Shown here in pieces: positions 8,605-17,821 of a stretch of 64,000 nucleotides of DNA (its first letter is position 1; every line of letters begins with the position of its first letter). The notes below the pieces were generated by a model. It saw nothing but the letters and a program-made list of their open reading frames with translations. It was not told where the DNA came from and made no database searches. A program made the position numbers and the translations under genes. The DNA is from Bacillota bacterium (GTDB lineage Bacteria; Bacillota; Clostridia; Lachnospirales; Lachnospiraceae), in the NCBI GenBank assembly GCA_023439505.1, contig JAEXNR010000051.1, positions 35,367-99,366 of the forward strand, given 5' to 3'.

Positions 8605-10353
8605 ATGAATAAAGTCAGAATTTTTAATGCACTTCGGGTTAAATTAATCATGATTGCCATCGTTTTAATTGCGATACCTGTCATTACGGTAACCCTGTCA
8701 TATACAGGGACCGTCAAGAAAATCATACAGAATAAATACACGGTTTCCGCTACACAATCGGTTTATGAAACCGGAGAAAAAATCGACTTTTTACTTGATG
8801 ATCTTGTAGAGTATTCGACTTTAATCATATCCAACAGTACCCTGCTGCGTATGGTAGAACATCCCACAGACTATACCCAGGATGAATTTAATAATGTACT
8901 TCGAACATTTATCACCTCGCGGGATGATATTGAAGCGATTGATCTTACATTGCGTCATAATGAGTATTCCTCCGGAGTCAAAAAGATCGGGATTAAAGAT
9001 CCGATTAATTCCGTACTTGAAAGATCGACAGGAGAACCGGTCTGGCTGCCGACGAAAACAAAACTCATCGAGATCCTATCAGGCAAGTTTGGAAAGCTAT
9101 ATTTTACCCTTGGAAGAAAAATTGTGGATTTTAATACATTGAGGGATTATGGTTATATCAGATTTGATCTGGAGGAAGCGGTGTTGGAGAATCAGTATGC
9201 CGGTCTGCTGGATAATGAGGATCATAACTATGTAAATGTATTTATCTGTGATGAGAAAGGGAATGTGATCAGTCACCCGGATAAAAAGCAGGTGGGGCGA
9301 TCCATACTGGGACAACCCTATGCAAAGCAGGTATTGGACGACAAAGAAGGTCATGATTATATTCTTTATAAGGCGGATACGGAGCAAATAGTAATCTATT
9401 CTACCTTGCAAAGGAACGGATGGAAGATTATCATGACGCTGTCCACCAGATACTTGTATCAGGAACTCAATCGCATTCAGGCTTATCTTATCGTTGGCGG
9501 AGTAGTATATGTGGTAGTAATTCTTCTGTTTATCTTAATCTTTGCCATACGATACACCGAGCCTATGATGAGGATGATGGCGGTAATTAAGAGAGTAGAG
9601 CAGGGAGATTTAACAGCCCGGACGGAGATACAAACCGGGGATGAGCTTGGACAGCTGGGAATGAGTCTGAATAATATGATAGGTGAGATGCAGGTGCTGA
9701 TCGATAAACTGATTCAGGAGGAACATGAGAAAAAAGAAGTTGAGCTGGAAGCGCTGCATGCCCAGATCAATCCACATTTTCTCTACAATACCTTAAACAC
9801 TATTAAATGGATGGCAAAAATTCAAGGGGATACCAGTGTCAGCAAATCCATTACAGCATTAATCAAACTTCTTAGAATCAGTACCAATCTTGGAAGAGAC
9901 ATGATAACGCTTCGGGAGGAACTGGATTATGTGGAGAATTATATCGTAATTCAAAGACTTCGCTTCAATCAGGGGATCAATATCAGCCAGGAAATCATGG
10001 AAGAATGCATGGAATTGTCCGTTCCAAAGCTGATTTTACAGCCAATTGTTGAAAACTCCCTGATTTACGGTCTGGCTGATGGGCGACAGGAAATAAATAT
10101 CAGGATTACAGCGTTTATTGAGGATCATCAGTTAATCATCGAGATCAGGGATGACGGGCCGGGAATAGAGGAGGAAGTGCTGGAACGAATCCTATCAGGA
10201 TCCACAGACAAAAATAAATTCAGCAAGGTAGGGATTAACAATGTAAATCACAGAATTCGTCTGTATTGCGGCAATGAATTCGGAATTCAGATCGAGACTA
10301 AGCTTGGTGTGGGTACCATGATAAGAGCAAAATTATCGATCAATTCTAATTAA
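8605..10353 (+). CDS. YesM/LytS-type sensor histidine kinase (Cache, HAMP)
   Basis: Two TM segments; ALHAQINPHFLYNTLN; LQPIVEN; DDGPG. Confidence 0.95.
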   Translation: MNKVRIFNALRVKLIMIAIVLIAIPVITVTLSYTGTVKKIIQNKYTVSATQSVYETGEKIDFLLDDLVEYSTLIISNSTLLRMVEHPTDYTQDEFNNVLRTFITSRDDIEAIDLTLRHNEYSSGVKKIGIKDPINSVLERSTGEPVWLPTKTKLIEILSGKFGKLYFTLGRKIVDFNTLRDYGYIRFDLEEAVLENQYAGLLDNEDHNYVNVFICDEKGNVISHPDKKQVGRSILGQPYAKQVLDDKEGHDYILYKADTEQIVIYSTLQRNGWKIIMTLSTRYLYQELNRIQAYLIVGGVVYVVVILLFILIFAIRYTEPMMRMMAVIKRVEQGDLTARTEIQTGDELGQLGMSLNNMIGEMQVLIDKLIQEEHEKKEVELEALHAQINPHFLYNTLNTIKWMAKIQGDTSVSKSITALIKLLRISTNLGRDMITLREELDYVENYIVIQRLRFNQGINISQEIMEECMELSVPKLILQPIVENSLIYGLADGRQEINIRITAFIEDHQLIIEIRDDGPGIEEEVLERILSGSTDKNKFSKVGINNVNHRIRLYCGNEFGIQIETKLGVGTMIRAKLSINSN

Positions 10354-10377
10354 TGGTCTTTGAGAGGCAGGGTGTTT

Positions 10378-11961
10378 ATGTATAAAGTTCTAATCGTAGA
10401 TGATGAAGTACTGGTGAGGGTGGGACTTAAAACAACAATTCAATGGGAAGAGATGGGATTTATCATAGCGTCGGAAGCTTCCAATGGGGAACAGGGTTAT
10501 GAAAACTATGTGAAATATAAACCGGATGTTATTATAACCGATATCAAAATGCCAAAACAAGACGGTCTTTGGCTGGTGGAAAGGATAAGAGAAGAAGATC
10601 AGGAGGCGATAATACTGGTCCTTACCTGCTATGATGAGTTCTCTTATGCGAGAAAGGCACTAAAAGTCGGGGCGGATGACTATATATTAAAGACTGAAAT
10701 TGAAGACGAAGAGTTAATAAAACTCATGGTAAATATCAAAGAGAAGCTGGATGCACAGTATAAGGCCAAAGCCCATAAAGAAAATCAGCCAAATATACAG
10801 GATCTTACACGTTCCATATTCTCTGATTTGATGAAGCAAGGATTTCAAATTGATGAAAGTCTTCATAATGCACTGGGCAATCTGAATTTTCCCGCACAAC
10901 GTTCACAGTACGCCTTTATGAGCATATCCATTGTTCACCCGAATCAAAAAAACAAAGATACGGATAAAATTAATCATGCGGTTATGAACATCATATTCGG
11001 GCAATTTCATGAAAAATCAGTAACCTATATGGAAGGACAGCAGGGCAGTTCTTATTTGATATTTCTGGCCAGAGAGGAGTTGACCTTCGCTGACATCAAA
11101 AGAATTTTTTACGCAGCGGCGAATGGTGCAATGCAATATTTTGATATATTTTTAAATGCAGTTTGTTCTCCTGTGTTTGTAAGTCTGGGAGAAGCACAAG
11201 TAGTCTATCAGGATTACGCGGAAAAAGCGCAGATCTTATTCTACCAAAACAGCTATCATGTAATTATGGAGACGGGGGATATTAAATTTTCCGAACCCAG
11301 TGTCCTGGAACTGAAGAAGGCTTATCATGGTAATTTTATGGAGGCCATCGGCCATGAGATGATGAAAACAGTAAATGAACTGCTGGAGGAACAGGGTCAG
11401 TTTTTCGAACATAATAAAGTCTCACCTATGATTGTAAGAATTTTTTATTCTAACATGGTTGGAGATTTGTTTGGTGGATATGGGATCTATATGACGAACA
11501 GAGAACTGTTTGACACGCACAAAGTTTATCACTATCAAATGGAAAATACCGATACGTTAGAACAGATTCACACCCTGTTGATTACCTTATGTTCCAATCT
11601 GATTCATGAAATAGAAGCAATGAGATTTATCAATTCCAAGTATCTGATTCATCAGGCAGAGAATTTCATTGAATATCATTACATGGATAAGATCTCCCTG
11701 GATGATGTTGCCAGGGAATTAAATATATCAAAGCATTATCTGTGCAGTGTCTTTAAAAAAGAGACAGGCGAAAATATGTCACTCTATATTAACCGCCTTC
11801 GAATTGAGAAGGCAAAGCAAATGTTGCTGGAATCCGATATTAAAATTAAGGAAATTTTTGAGAAAATAGGGTACTCTGATCAGCAGTATTTTAGTAAAGT
11901 ATTCAAAAAGATTACAGGGATGACTGTAATCGAGTACAAAGAAAGGCTGGGGAGAAAATAA
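10378..11961 (+). CDS. YesN-type response regulator (REC plus AraC HTH)
   Basis: LIVDDE, TDIKMP; C-terminal YL...FKKETG..., GYSDQQYFSKVFKK; start at ATG 10378. Confidence 0.95.
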   Translation: MYKVLIVDDEVLVRVGLKTTIQWEEMGFIIASEASNGEQGYENYVKYKPDVIITDIKMPKQDGLWLVERIREEDQEAIILVLTCYDEFSYARKALKVGADDYILKTEIEDEELIKLMVNIKEKLDAQYKAKAHKENQPNIQDLTRSIFSDLMKQGFQIDESLHNALGNLNFPAQRSQYAFMSISIVHPNQKNKDTDKINHAVMNIIFGQFHEKSVTYMEGQQGSSYLIFLAREELTFADIKRIFYAAANGAMQYFDIFLNAVCSPVFVSLGEAQVVYQDYAEKAQILFYQNSYHVIMETGDIKFSEPSVLELKKAYHGNFMEAIGHEMMKTVNELLEEQGQFFEHNKVSPMIVRIFYSNMVGDLFGGYGIYMTNRELFDTHKVYHYQMENTDTLEQIHTLLITLCSNLIHEIEAMRFINSKYLIHQAENFIEYHYMDKISLDDVARELNISKHYLCSVFKKETGENMSLYINRLRIEKAKQMLLESDIKIKEIFEKIGYSDQQYFSKVFKKITGMTVIEYKERLGRK

Positions 11962-11993
11962 CTGGATCTCGAAATTGAAGAATGAGATAAGAG

Positions 11994-12055
11994 AAGAGGC
12001 TGTCTGAAAGTGACGGCATCCGGAGACGGGTGTCATCACCTTCGGACAGCCTCTT
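11994..12055. terminator. Long imperfect hairpin (terminator or REP-like) after the response regulator
   Basis: AAGAGGCTGTCTGAAAGTGACGGCATCCG-GAGA-CGGGTGTCATCACCTTCGGACAGCCTCTT. Confidence 0.65.
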
Positions 12056-12138
12056 GTTACAGCAGGTACAAAAAGGTACAGCAAATTACATTCGATTTGT
12101 TAAATAATACGAACAAATACGCTCTGGAATACCAGGTC

Positions 12139-12199
12139 ATCTTAATATTGTACAAAGAAATCTTAATCCAGTACAAATAAACAAGTTTGTGAATGTAAT
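12139..12199 (+). promoter_or_regulatory. Putative AraC/YesN activator direct repeats overlapping a weak -35
   Basis: ATCTTAAT-N3-GTACAAA at 12139 and 12160 (21-bp period); TGTAAT lies 17 bp after GTACAA. Confidence 0.55.
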
Positions 12200-12336
12200 A
12201 ACAAACAAAGCAAGTAAAATTGTACATAAGTATAACAACTTGAAACATTTTTTTGTTTAAATTAATGATGTATTATGATAATCACAAAAGGAAAACAAGT
12301 AAAGTTGCCTAAAACAAGTAGAAAGGAGAAGCGTTA

Positions 12337-13854
12337 ATGAATTCAGAAATCAAATTGAGAGCATCCAATATTGAGAAATCCTTTCCGGGTGTAAAGGCAC
12401 TGGATCATGTGAACTTTGCAGTAAGAAAAGGGACGGTGCATGTGCTTTGCGGTGAGAACGGAGCAGGGAAATCAACCTTAATGAAGGTGATCAACGGTAT
12501 TTACCGTCAGGATGGCGGTGAGATCCTGATTGATGAGAAACCCGTAGAAATTAAAAATCCGATTCAGGCAAGAAGCCTTGGAATTTCCATGATTTTTCAG
12601 GAACTGAACTATATGCCGGAGATGACCATTGAAGAAAGTCTCTTCGTCGGAAACTGGCCGAGAGATCATTATAAGAAAATCGATTGGAAAGAGATCAGAA
12701 AGAGAACCATTGATCTTTTAAAAAAGGAAAATCTGAATTATGATCCGGAGACGAAGCTAAAGGATTTAACAGTATCCGATATACAGATGCTGGAAATTTT
12801 AAAGGCAATCTCCTATCACTCGGATATTATCATTATGGATGAGCCTACATCAGCGATTACCAATAAAGAAGTTGAGGTCCTTTTTAAAAAAATTAATGAG
12901 ATCAAGCAGCGTGGTGCATGCATTATCTATATTTCCCACAAAATGGATGAAATATTTCGGATTGCTGATGAAATCACGGTATTTCGTGACGGATGTGTGG
13001 TGGACTCCAGACCAATTAAGGAGTATGATCTGGAAACGGTTATTTCTCAGATGGTTGGAAGAAAGCTTGAGAATAATTATCCCAAGGAAGATATCACCCT
13101 GGGAGAAGATATTTTAAAAGTACTCCATCTCACCAACAGAGGTAAATGCGAGGACGTCAGCTTCCATGTAAAAGAAGGAGAGATCATAGGCTTTGCCGGA
13201 TTGATGGGAGCAGGAAGAACAGAAGTAATGCGTTGTCTGTTTGGACTTGACCCTTATCAGGAGGGTGAAATTTTAATTAAAAATCAAAAGGTAAAGATAA
13301 AAAATGTCAAAAGCAGTATTGATAAAAAGATGGTTATGTTGTCAGAGGACAGACGAAGATTTGGTATTATCCCGATCCGCAGCATCAGAGAAAACGTGGC
13401 ACTTGCCAGCCTGAAAAAATTCATTTATAAGGGACGCCTTCATGAAAAGGCGGAAAATGAGGCAATTGCACAATATTGCCAGAAGATGAATGTGAAGGCA
13501 CCTGATTACGAGACAAAAATAGAATCCTTAAGCGGCGGTAACCAGCAGAAGGTTATTTTGGCGAAATGGATGGTTACCAATCCGGATATTTTAATCGTAG
13601 ATGAACCTACCCGTGGTATTGATGTGGGTGCGAAATATGAGATTTACAAGCTGATGACAGAATTGGCAAAGCAAAGAAAGGCGCTGGTCATGGTTTCCTC
13701 GGAATTACCGGAGCTGATTGGGATGTGTGACAGAATTTATGTTATGGCGAAGGGAAAAATAACCGGAATGTTAACCAGAGAGGAATTTACTCAGGAAAGT
13801 ATTATGGCTTATGCGACAGGAACAAAAATTCAAAAAAGGGGTGAAATAAATTGA
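12337..13854 (+). CDS. CUT2 sugar ABC transporter ATP-binding protein (RbsA/MglA family)
   Basis: GENGAGKST, DEPT twice, LSGGNQQK. Confidence 0.95.
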   Translation: MNSEIKLRASNIEKSFPGVKALDHVNFAVRKGTVHVLCGENGAGKSTLMKVINGIYRQDGGEILIDEKPVEIKNPIQARSLGISMIFQELNYMPEMTIEESLFVGNWPRDHYKKIDWKEIRKRTIDLLKKENLNYDPETKLKDLTVSDIQMLEILKAISYHSDIIIMDEPTSAITNKEVEVLFKKINEIKQRGACIIYISHKMDEIFRIADEITVFRDGCVVDSRPIKEYDLETVISQMVGRKLENNYPKEDITLGEDILKVLHLTNRGKCEDVSFHVKEGEIIGFAGLMGAGRTEVMRCLFGLDPYQEGEILIKNQKVKIKNVKSSIDKKMVMLSEDRRRFGIIPIRSIRENVALASLKKFIYKGRLHEKAENEAIAQYCQKMNVKAPDYETKIESLSGGNQQKVILAKWMVTNPDILIVDEPTRGIDVGAKYEIYKLMTELAKQRKALVMVSSELPELIGMCDRIYVMAKGKITGMLTREEFTQESIMAYATGTKIQKRGEIN

Positions 13855-14816
13855 ATCCAGGTACAATGTCTAAAAGCAAATTTATCAGTAATATAAAATC
13901 CAAATACAGTATTTATTTTGTCCTGCTTGCGTTGTTTATTTTCTGCTGGCTGGCTAATAAAAACTTTGTATCGGTGGCCAATCTGCAGAATATTTCCACA
14001 CAGATCACAGTAGGAACCATATTGGCATTTGGTCAGACAATTCTTATTATTTCGGGTATGTTGGATTTATCCTCAGCCTCAGTTCTTGCTCTGGCAGGAG
14101 TGCTTTCCATCTCCGCATACCAATACTCAGGGTCCTTAACCATTGGATTTATTGTAGCAATCCTGGTAGGTGTGGGATGTAATGTGTTAAATGGCCTTAT
14201 GGTTACCAAATACAAAACACCTCCCTTCATTGCAACTCTTGCAATGATGGCAATGGCAAGAGGAGCAGCCCTTTTGTATACCAACGGACAGAATATTTAT
14301 CAGATCGGTGATTATGTGAAATTTGGTCAAGGTAAAGTGTTTGGGATCTCCACACCAATTATTTTCCTGATCATTACCCTAATCATTACCTGGTACCTGC
14401 TGCGGCATACCGTATTTGGCAGATCTATTTATGCCATCGGCGGTAATGAAGAAGCTGCCAATGCATCCGGTATCAATGTAAATCGGATTAAGATGAGAGC
14501 ATTTATCATCAATGGTATTATGGTAGGGATCGCCGGCGTGTTGTTTATGTCCCGTGTTAACGGTGGTATGCCAAACGGAGCAGTAGGTTATGAATTTAAA
14601 GCGCTTACCGCGGCAGTCATTGGAGGAACCAGTTTTTCCGGCGGTATCGGAACTGCATCAGGAACACTGGCAGGTGCTTTTATCGTAGGGTTTCTTGATA
14701 ATATCATGGTTCTCGTAGGCGTGAACTCTTACCTTCAGCAGATCGTGCGCGGTGCAATTATCGCACTTGCAGTAATGTATGATATTTGGGCTAAGACCAT
14801 GAGAAAGAAAAAATAG
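13851..14816 (+). CDS. CUT2 sugar ABC transporter permease (RbsC family)
   Basis: LDLS, PPFIATL, GR.IYAIGGNEEAA.ASGI, AAVIGGTSF.GG.G. Confidence 0.95.
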   Translation: MNPGTMSKSKFISNIKSKYSIYFVLLALFIFCWLANKNFVSVANLQNISTQITVGTILAFGQTILIISGMLDLSSASVLALAGVLSISAYQYSGSLTIGFIVAILVGVGCNVLNGLMVTKYKTPPFIATLAMMAMARGAALLYTNGQNIYQIGDYVKFGQGKVFGISTPIIFLIITLIITWYLLRHTVFGRSIYAIGGNEEAANASGINVNRIKMRAFIINGIMVGIAGVLFMSRVNGGMPNGAVGYEFKALTAAVIGGTSFSGGIGTASGTLAGAFIVGFLDNIMVLVGVNSYLQQIVRGAIIALAVMYDIWAKTMRKKK

Positions 14817-14888
14817 AGCGCTGATTAACATTTGTCTAAGATAGAGCAAGTCTCTATTTAGAATATAAAATTATTAGGAGGAAAAGGT

Positions 14889-15932
14889 ATGAAAAAATTG
14901 TTGGTTATGGCAATGGTAGTAGCATTATTGGCTTCTGTATTTACAGGTTGTTCTTCTAAATCCGGTGACACAAACACGAAACCTGATACCCAAACGAATA
15001 CAGACAATACAACAAAAGATGATACTGCAAATGGGGATCAGGGCAGTACAGACAAAGTTTACAGAGTAGCATATATCGCAAGAGCGCAGGCAGACTCTTT
15101 CGCAGCATGGTTAGCGAATGCGGTAATCGAAGAAGCAGCAAAATACCCGAACATTAAATTAGATGTATTTGACGGTCAGGCTTCTGACGATACGGAAAAC
15201 TCATTGATTGAGAATGCAATCACAAACAAGTATGATGCAATCATTGTTCAGCCAAATAATGGCGAGGCTCAAAGACCTTACGTAGAAAAGGCTGTTGCAG
15301 CAGGAATTAAAACAATCACAACCAACGCACGTATCAGTGGTATTGAGGGCGCGTCCTCTGTAGATGCTGATCCGTACGCACAGGCAAAAGTAAATGCAGA
15401 CTTGGCTGTGGAACAGATTCCTCAGGGTGCCAATGTCGTAGTATTATTAGGACCTCCCGGAAACTTCCATGCAGATACCAGAGAACAAAGCTGGCAGAAG
15501 GAATTCTTTGATAAGAGACCTGATGTTAAAATTGTGGGTAAGGAAATTGCAAACTGGAATAAGGACGAAGCCATGAATTACATGGAAACATGGGTACAGG
15601 CCAATGATAAAATTGATGCAATTATCGCAATGAATGATAACATGGCAGCAGGTGCGTTAGAAGTTGTAAAAGATGATGCTAAATTTGCCAATATCTTAGC
15701 ATATGGCGTTGATGGTACCGCAGAGGCTTGTCTCTTAATCAAAGACGGCAAGATGACTTCCACAAGTTTACAGAGTGCATATGCACTTGCTACTTCATTA
15801 CTTGATACGACCAATAAGTTAGTTACCGGAGAAAAATCTCAGATAGATATCGACATTGATTGTCCTTTAATTACCAAGGATAATGTAGATGAATTTATCG
15901 AAATGCACAAAAAAGCAGGCGCTATTAAATAA
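14889..15932 (+). CDS. Sugar/polyol ABC substrate-binding lipoprotein (RbsB-like fold)
   Basis: Lipobox FTGC, low-complexity linker, ND.MA.GA and GVDG motifs. Confidence 0.9.
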   Translation: MKKLLVMAMVVALLASVFTGCSSKSGDTNTKPDTQTNTDNTTKDDTANGDQGSTDKVYRVAYIARAQADSFAAWLANAVIEEAAKYPNIKLDVFDGQASDDTENSLIENAITNKYDAIIVQPNNGEAQRPYVEKAVAAGIKTITTNARISGIEGASSVDADPYAQAKVNADLAVEQIPQGANVVVLLGPPGNFHADTREQSWQKEFFDKRPDVKIVGKEIANWNKDEAMNYMETWVQANDKIDAIIAMNDNMAAGALEVVKDDAKFANILAYGVDGTAEACLLIKDGKMTSTSLQSAYALATSLLDTTNKLVTGEKSQIDIDIDCPLITKDNVDEFIEMHKKAGAIK

Positions 15933-16100
15933 GACAAAAGACGATAAAAGCAATCAATCTTACGAATTCATAAAATTTCAGGTCCGGCACTGCATTCCTC
16001 CGAAAGATGCACAAACGCAAGCATATCCAACCTCCGGGGGAATGAGCCGCCTGAAAATATACAATACGAACAGGGTTATTCATTATAAGGAGGTTTTGCT

Positions 16101-17141
16101 ATGACAAATAAAGCTGTATTTATGCATGGAACTAATGATATGATATGGAAAGAAATCGACATGCCGGTCGTTCATGATAAAGATGTTCTAGTTAAAGTTG
16201 ATATTGTCGGGATCTGCGGATCGGATGTTCATTACTATCAACATGGCAGGATCGGAGATTTTGTGGTGGAAGGAGATTTTATCCTTGGACACGAATGTGC
16301 CGGTGAAGTTGTGGAAGTAGGGAAGGAAGTTAAAAATCTGAAAGTGGGTGACCGGGTTGCCCTTGAGCCTGGAAAAACCTGCGGCAAATGTGAATACTGT
16401 AAATCCGGTTTATATAACCTGTGTCCTGATGTGGAATTCTTTGCAACACCGCCTTATCATGGTGTATTCGCAAACTATGTATCTCATCCGGAAGATATGT
16501 GCTTTAAACTCCCTGAGAATGTATCCAATCTGGAAGGTGCCCTGGTGGAACCTTTGGCGGTGGGACTGCATGCTACAGGCAAGGGAAATGTGAAATTAGG
16601 CGATACCGTCGTAATCTTTGGTACAGGCTGTATCGGTCTGGTAACGCTTCTATCCAGTAAAGCAAGAGGCGCGGCAAAGGTAATCGTTGTGGATGTCCTT
16701 CCAAACCGTCTGGAGACAGCAAAGAGGCTTGGAGCAACCCACATCATTAATGCAAGAGAAGAGAATGTGATCGATAAAATCAATGAGATCACAGAGGGAC
16801 AAGGTGCTCATGTTGTAATAGATACTGCCGGTGCAGAAGTTACCGTAAAGCAGACAGCCGATGTGGTAAAACGCGGCGGAACCATTGTTTTGGTAGGAAT
16901 GACACCAAAGGATGAGGTAGAATTTAACTTCATGAAATTAATGGGGAAAGAAGGCGAGCTAAAAACTATTTTTAGATATCGTAATCTGTATCCGGTCGCA
17001 ATTAATGCCATTGCCAGCGGTGCCATCAATGTGAAGGACATTGTCAGCCATGAATTTGATTTTGAAAATACGAAGGAAGCATTCGATTATGTGGTGAATA
17101 ATGCCAGAGATGTAGTAAAGGCAGTCATCAAAATTAAGTAA
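16101..17141 (+). CDS. Zn-dependent NAD polyol dehydrogenase (sorbitol/xylitol dehydrogenase family)
   Basis: GICGSDVHYY.HGRIG.F, GHE, C..C..C structural Zn site, FFATPP..G, GALVEPL.VG, FRY.N.YP. Confidence 0.9.
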   Translation: MTNKAVFMHGTNDMIWKEIDMPVVHDKDVLVKVDIVGICGSDVHYYQHGRIGDFVVEGDFILGHECAGEVVEVGKEVKNLKVGDRVALEPGKTCGKCEYCKSGLYNLCPDVEFFATPPYHGVFANYVSHPEDMCFKLPENVSNLEGALVEPLAVGLHATGKGNVKLGDTVVIFGTGCIGLVTLLSSKARGAAKVIVVDVLPNRLETAKRLGATHIINAREENVIDKINEITEGQGAHVVIDTAGAEVTVKQTADVVKRGGTIVLVGMTPKDEVEFNFMKLMGKEGELKTIFRYRNLYPVAINAIASGAINVKDIVSHEFDFENTKEAFDYVVNNARDVVKAVIKIK

Positions 17142-17179
17142 GTCAATTCTCTTTCATGATAAATAAATATCCCCCTGAA

Positions 17180-17226
17180 AAAAAATGATCGATCCGATGG
17201 ACTCCCATCGGGCAGGTCATTTTTTA
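17180..17226 (+). terminator. Intrinsic terminator of the polyol operon
   Basis: AAAAATGATCGATCCGATGG-ACTC-CCATCGGGCAGGTCATTTTTT. Confidence 0.75.
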
Positions 17227-17486
17227 TTTGGTAAGGGTACTGCTTGCAGGTTTATCTTGTTTGGAGTTCCAGGTACGAAACCTAATAATGCAAAGAGATG
17301 ATAAGGAAATTAATTTTTTTCATAGAAAAAGTATCAAATAATAGAATAAAAATGCGCCTAGAATAATCTGTTTTGATGCATAAAAAGAGCCGGATTGAAC
17401 TTACAATAAATGTAAAAAATGGTTGAAATTGTAAGATATGCACAAAAATATATTAAAACAAAGATATAATTGTACGATTTCGTGTA

Positions 17487-17546
17487 TTGAATTATGTATT
17501 TGATACCAATATAATGAAGGAAATTGGTCAGACCGGTAAACCAAAT
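17487..17546 (+). promoter_or_regulatory. SigA promoter with FadR/GntR-type operator at the start site
   Basis: TTGAAT-17-TATAAT (17487-17515), then AATTGGTCAGACCGGTAAACCAAAT resembling TGGT-N-ACCA FadR-subfamily boxes. Confidence 0.65.
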
Positions 17547-17559
17547 AATTTATTTCTGA

Positions 17560-17598
17560 GACGAGGGCGTTGCATGATATCACAACGCTCTCGTTTTG
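17560..17598 (+). terminator. Leader hairpin 1 (terminator-like)
   Basis: GACGAGGGCGTTG-loop-CAACGCTCTCGTTTTG. Confidence 0.6.
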
Positions 17599-17657
17599 TA
17601 GTTAGCAGTACAATAGAAGGAATCTATTTAATTTCATACGGTTTTTTATGAAAATGT

Positions 17658-17690
17658 AAAGATGCATTGATGATTCAGTGCATCTTTTTT
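17658..17690 (+). terminator. Leader hairpin 2 (terminator-like)
   Basis: AAAGATGCATTGA-TGAT-TCAGTGCATCTTTTTT. Confidence 0.65.
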
Positions 17691-17821
17691 GAACAGGAAG
17701 TTCTGTCCCTTGTCATTGCATGTTGTTTCATAGGAAAAACAGATATGAATGTGTTAAAGTTTTAACTTATGTTTTTAACTTAAGTAATTAAAAATCATTA
17801 TATTTGAGAGGAGATTTATAC

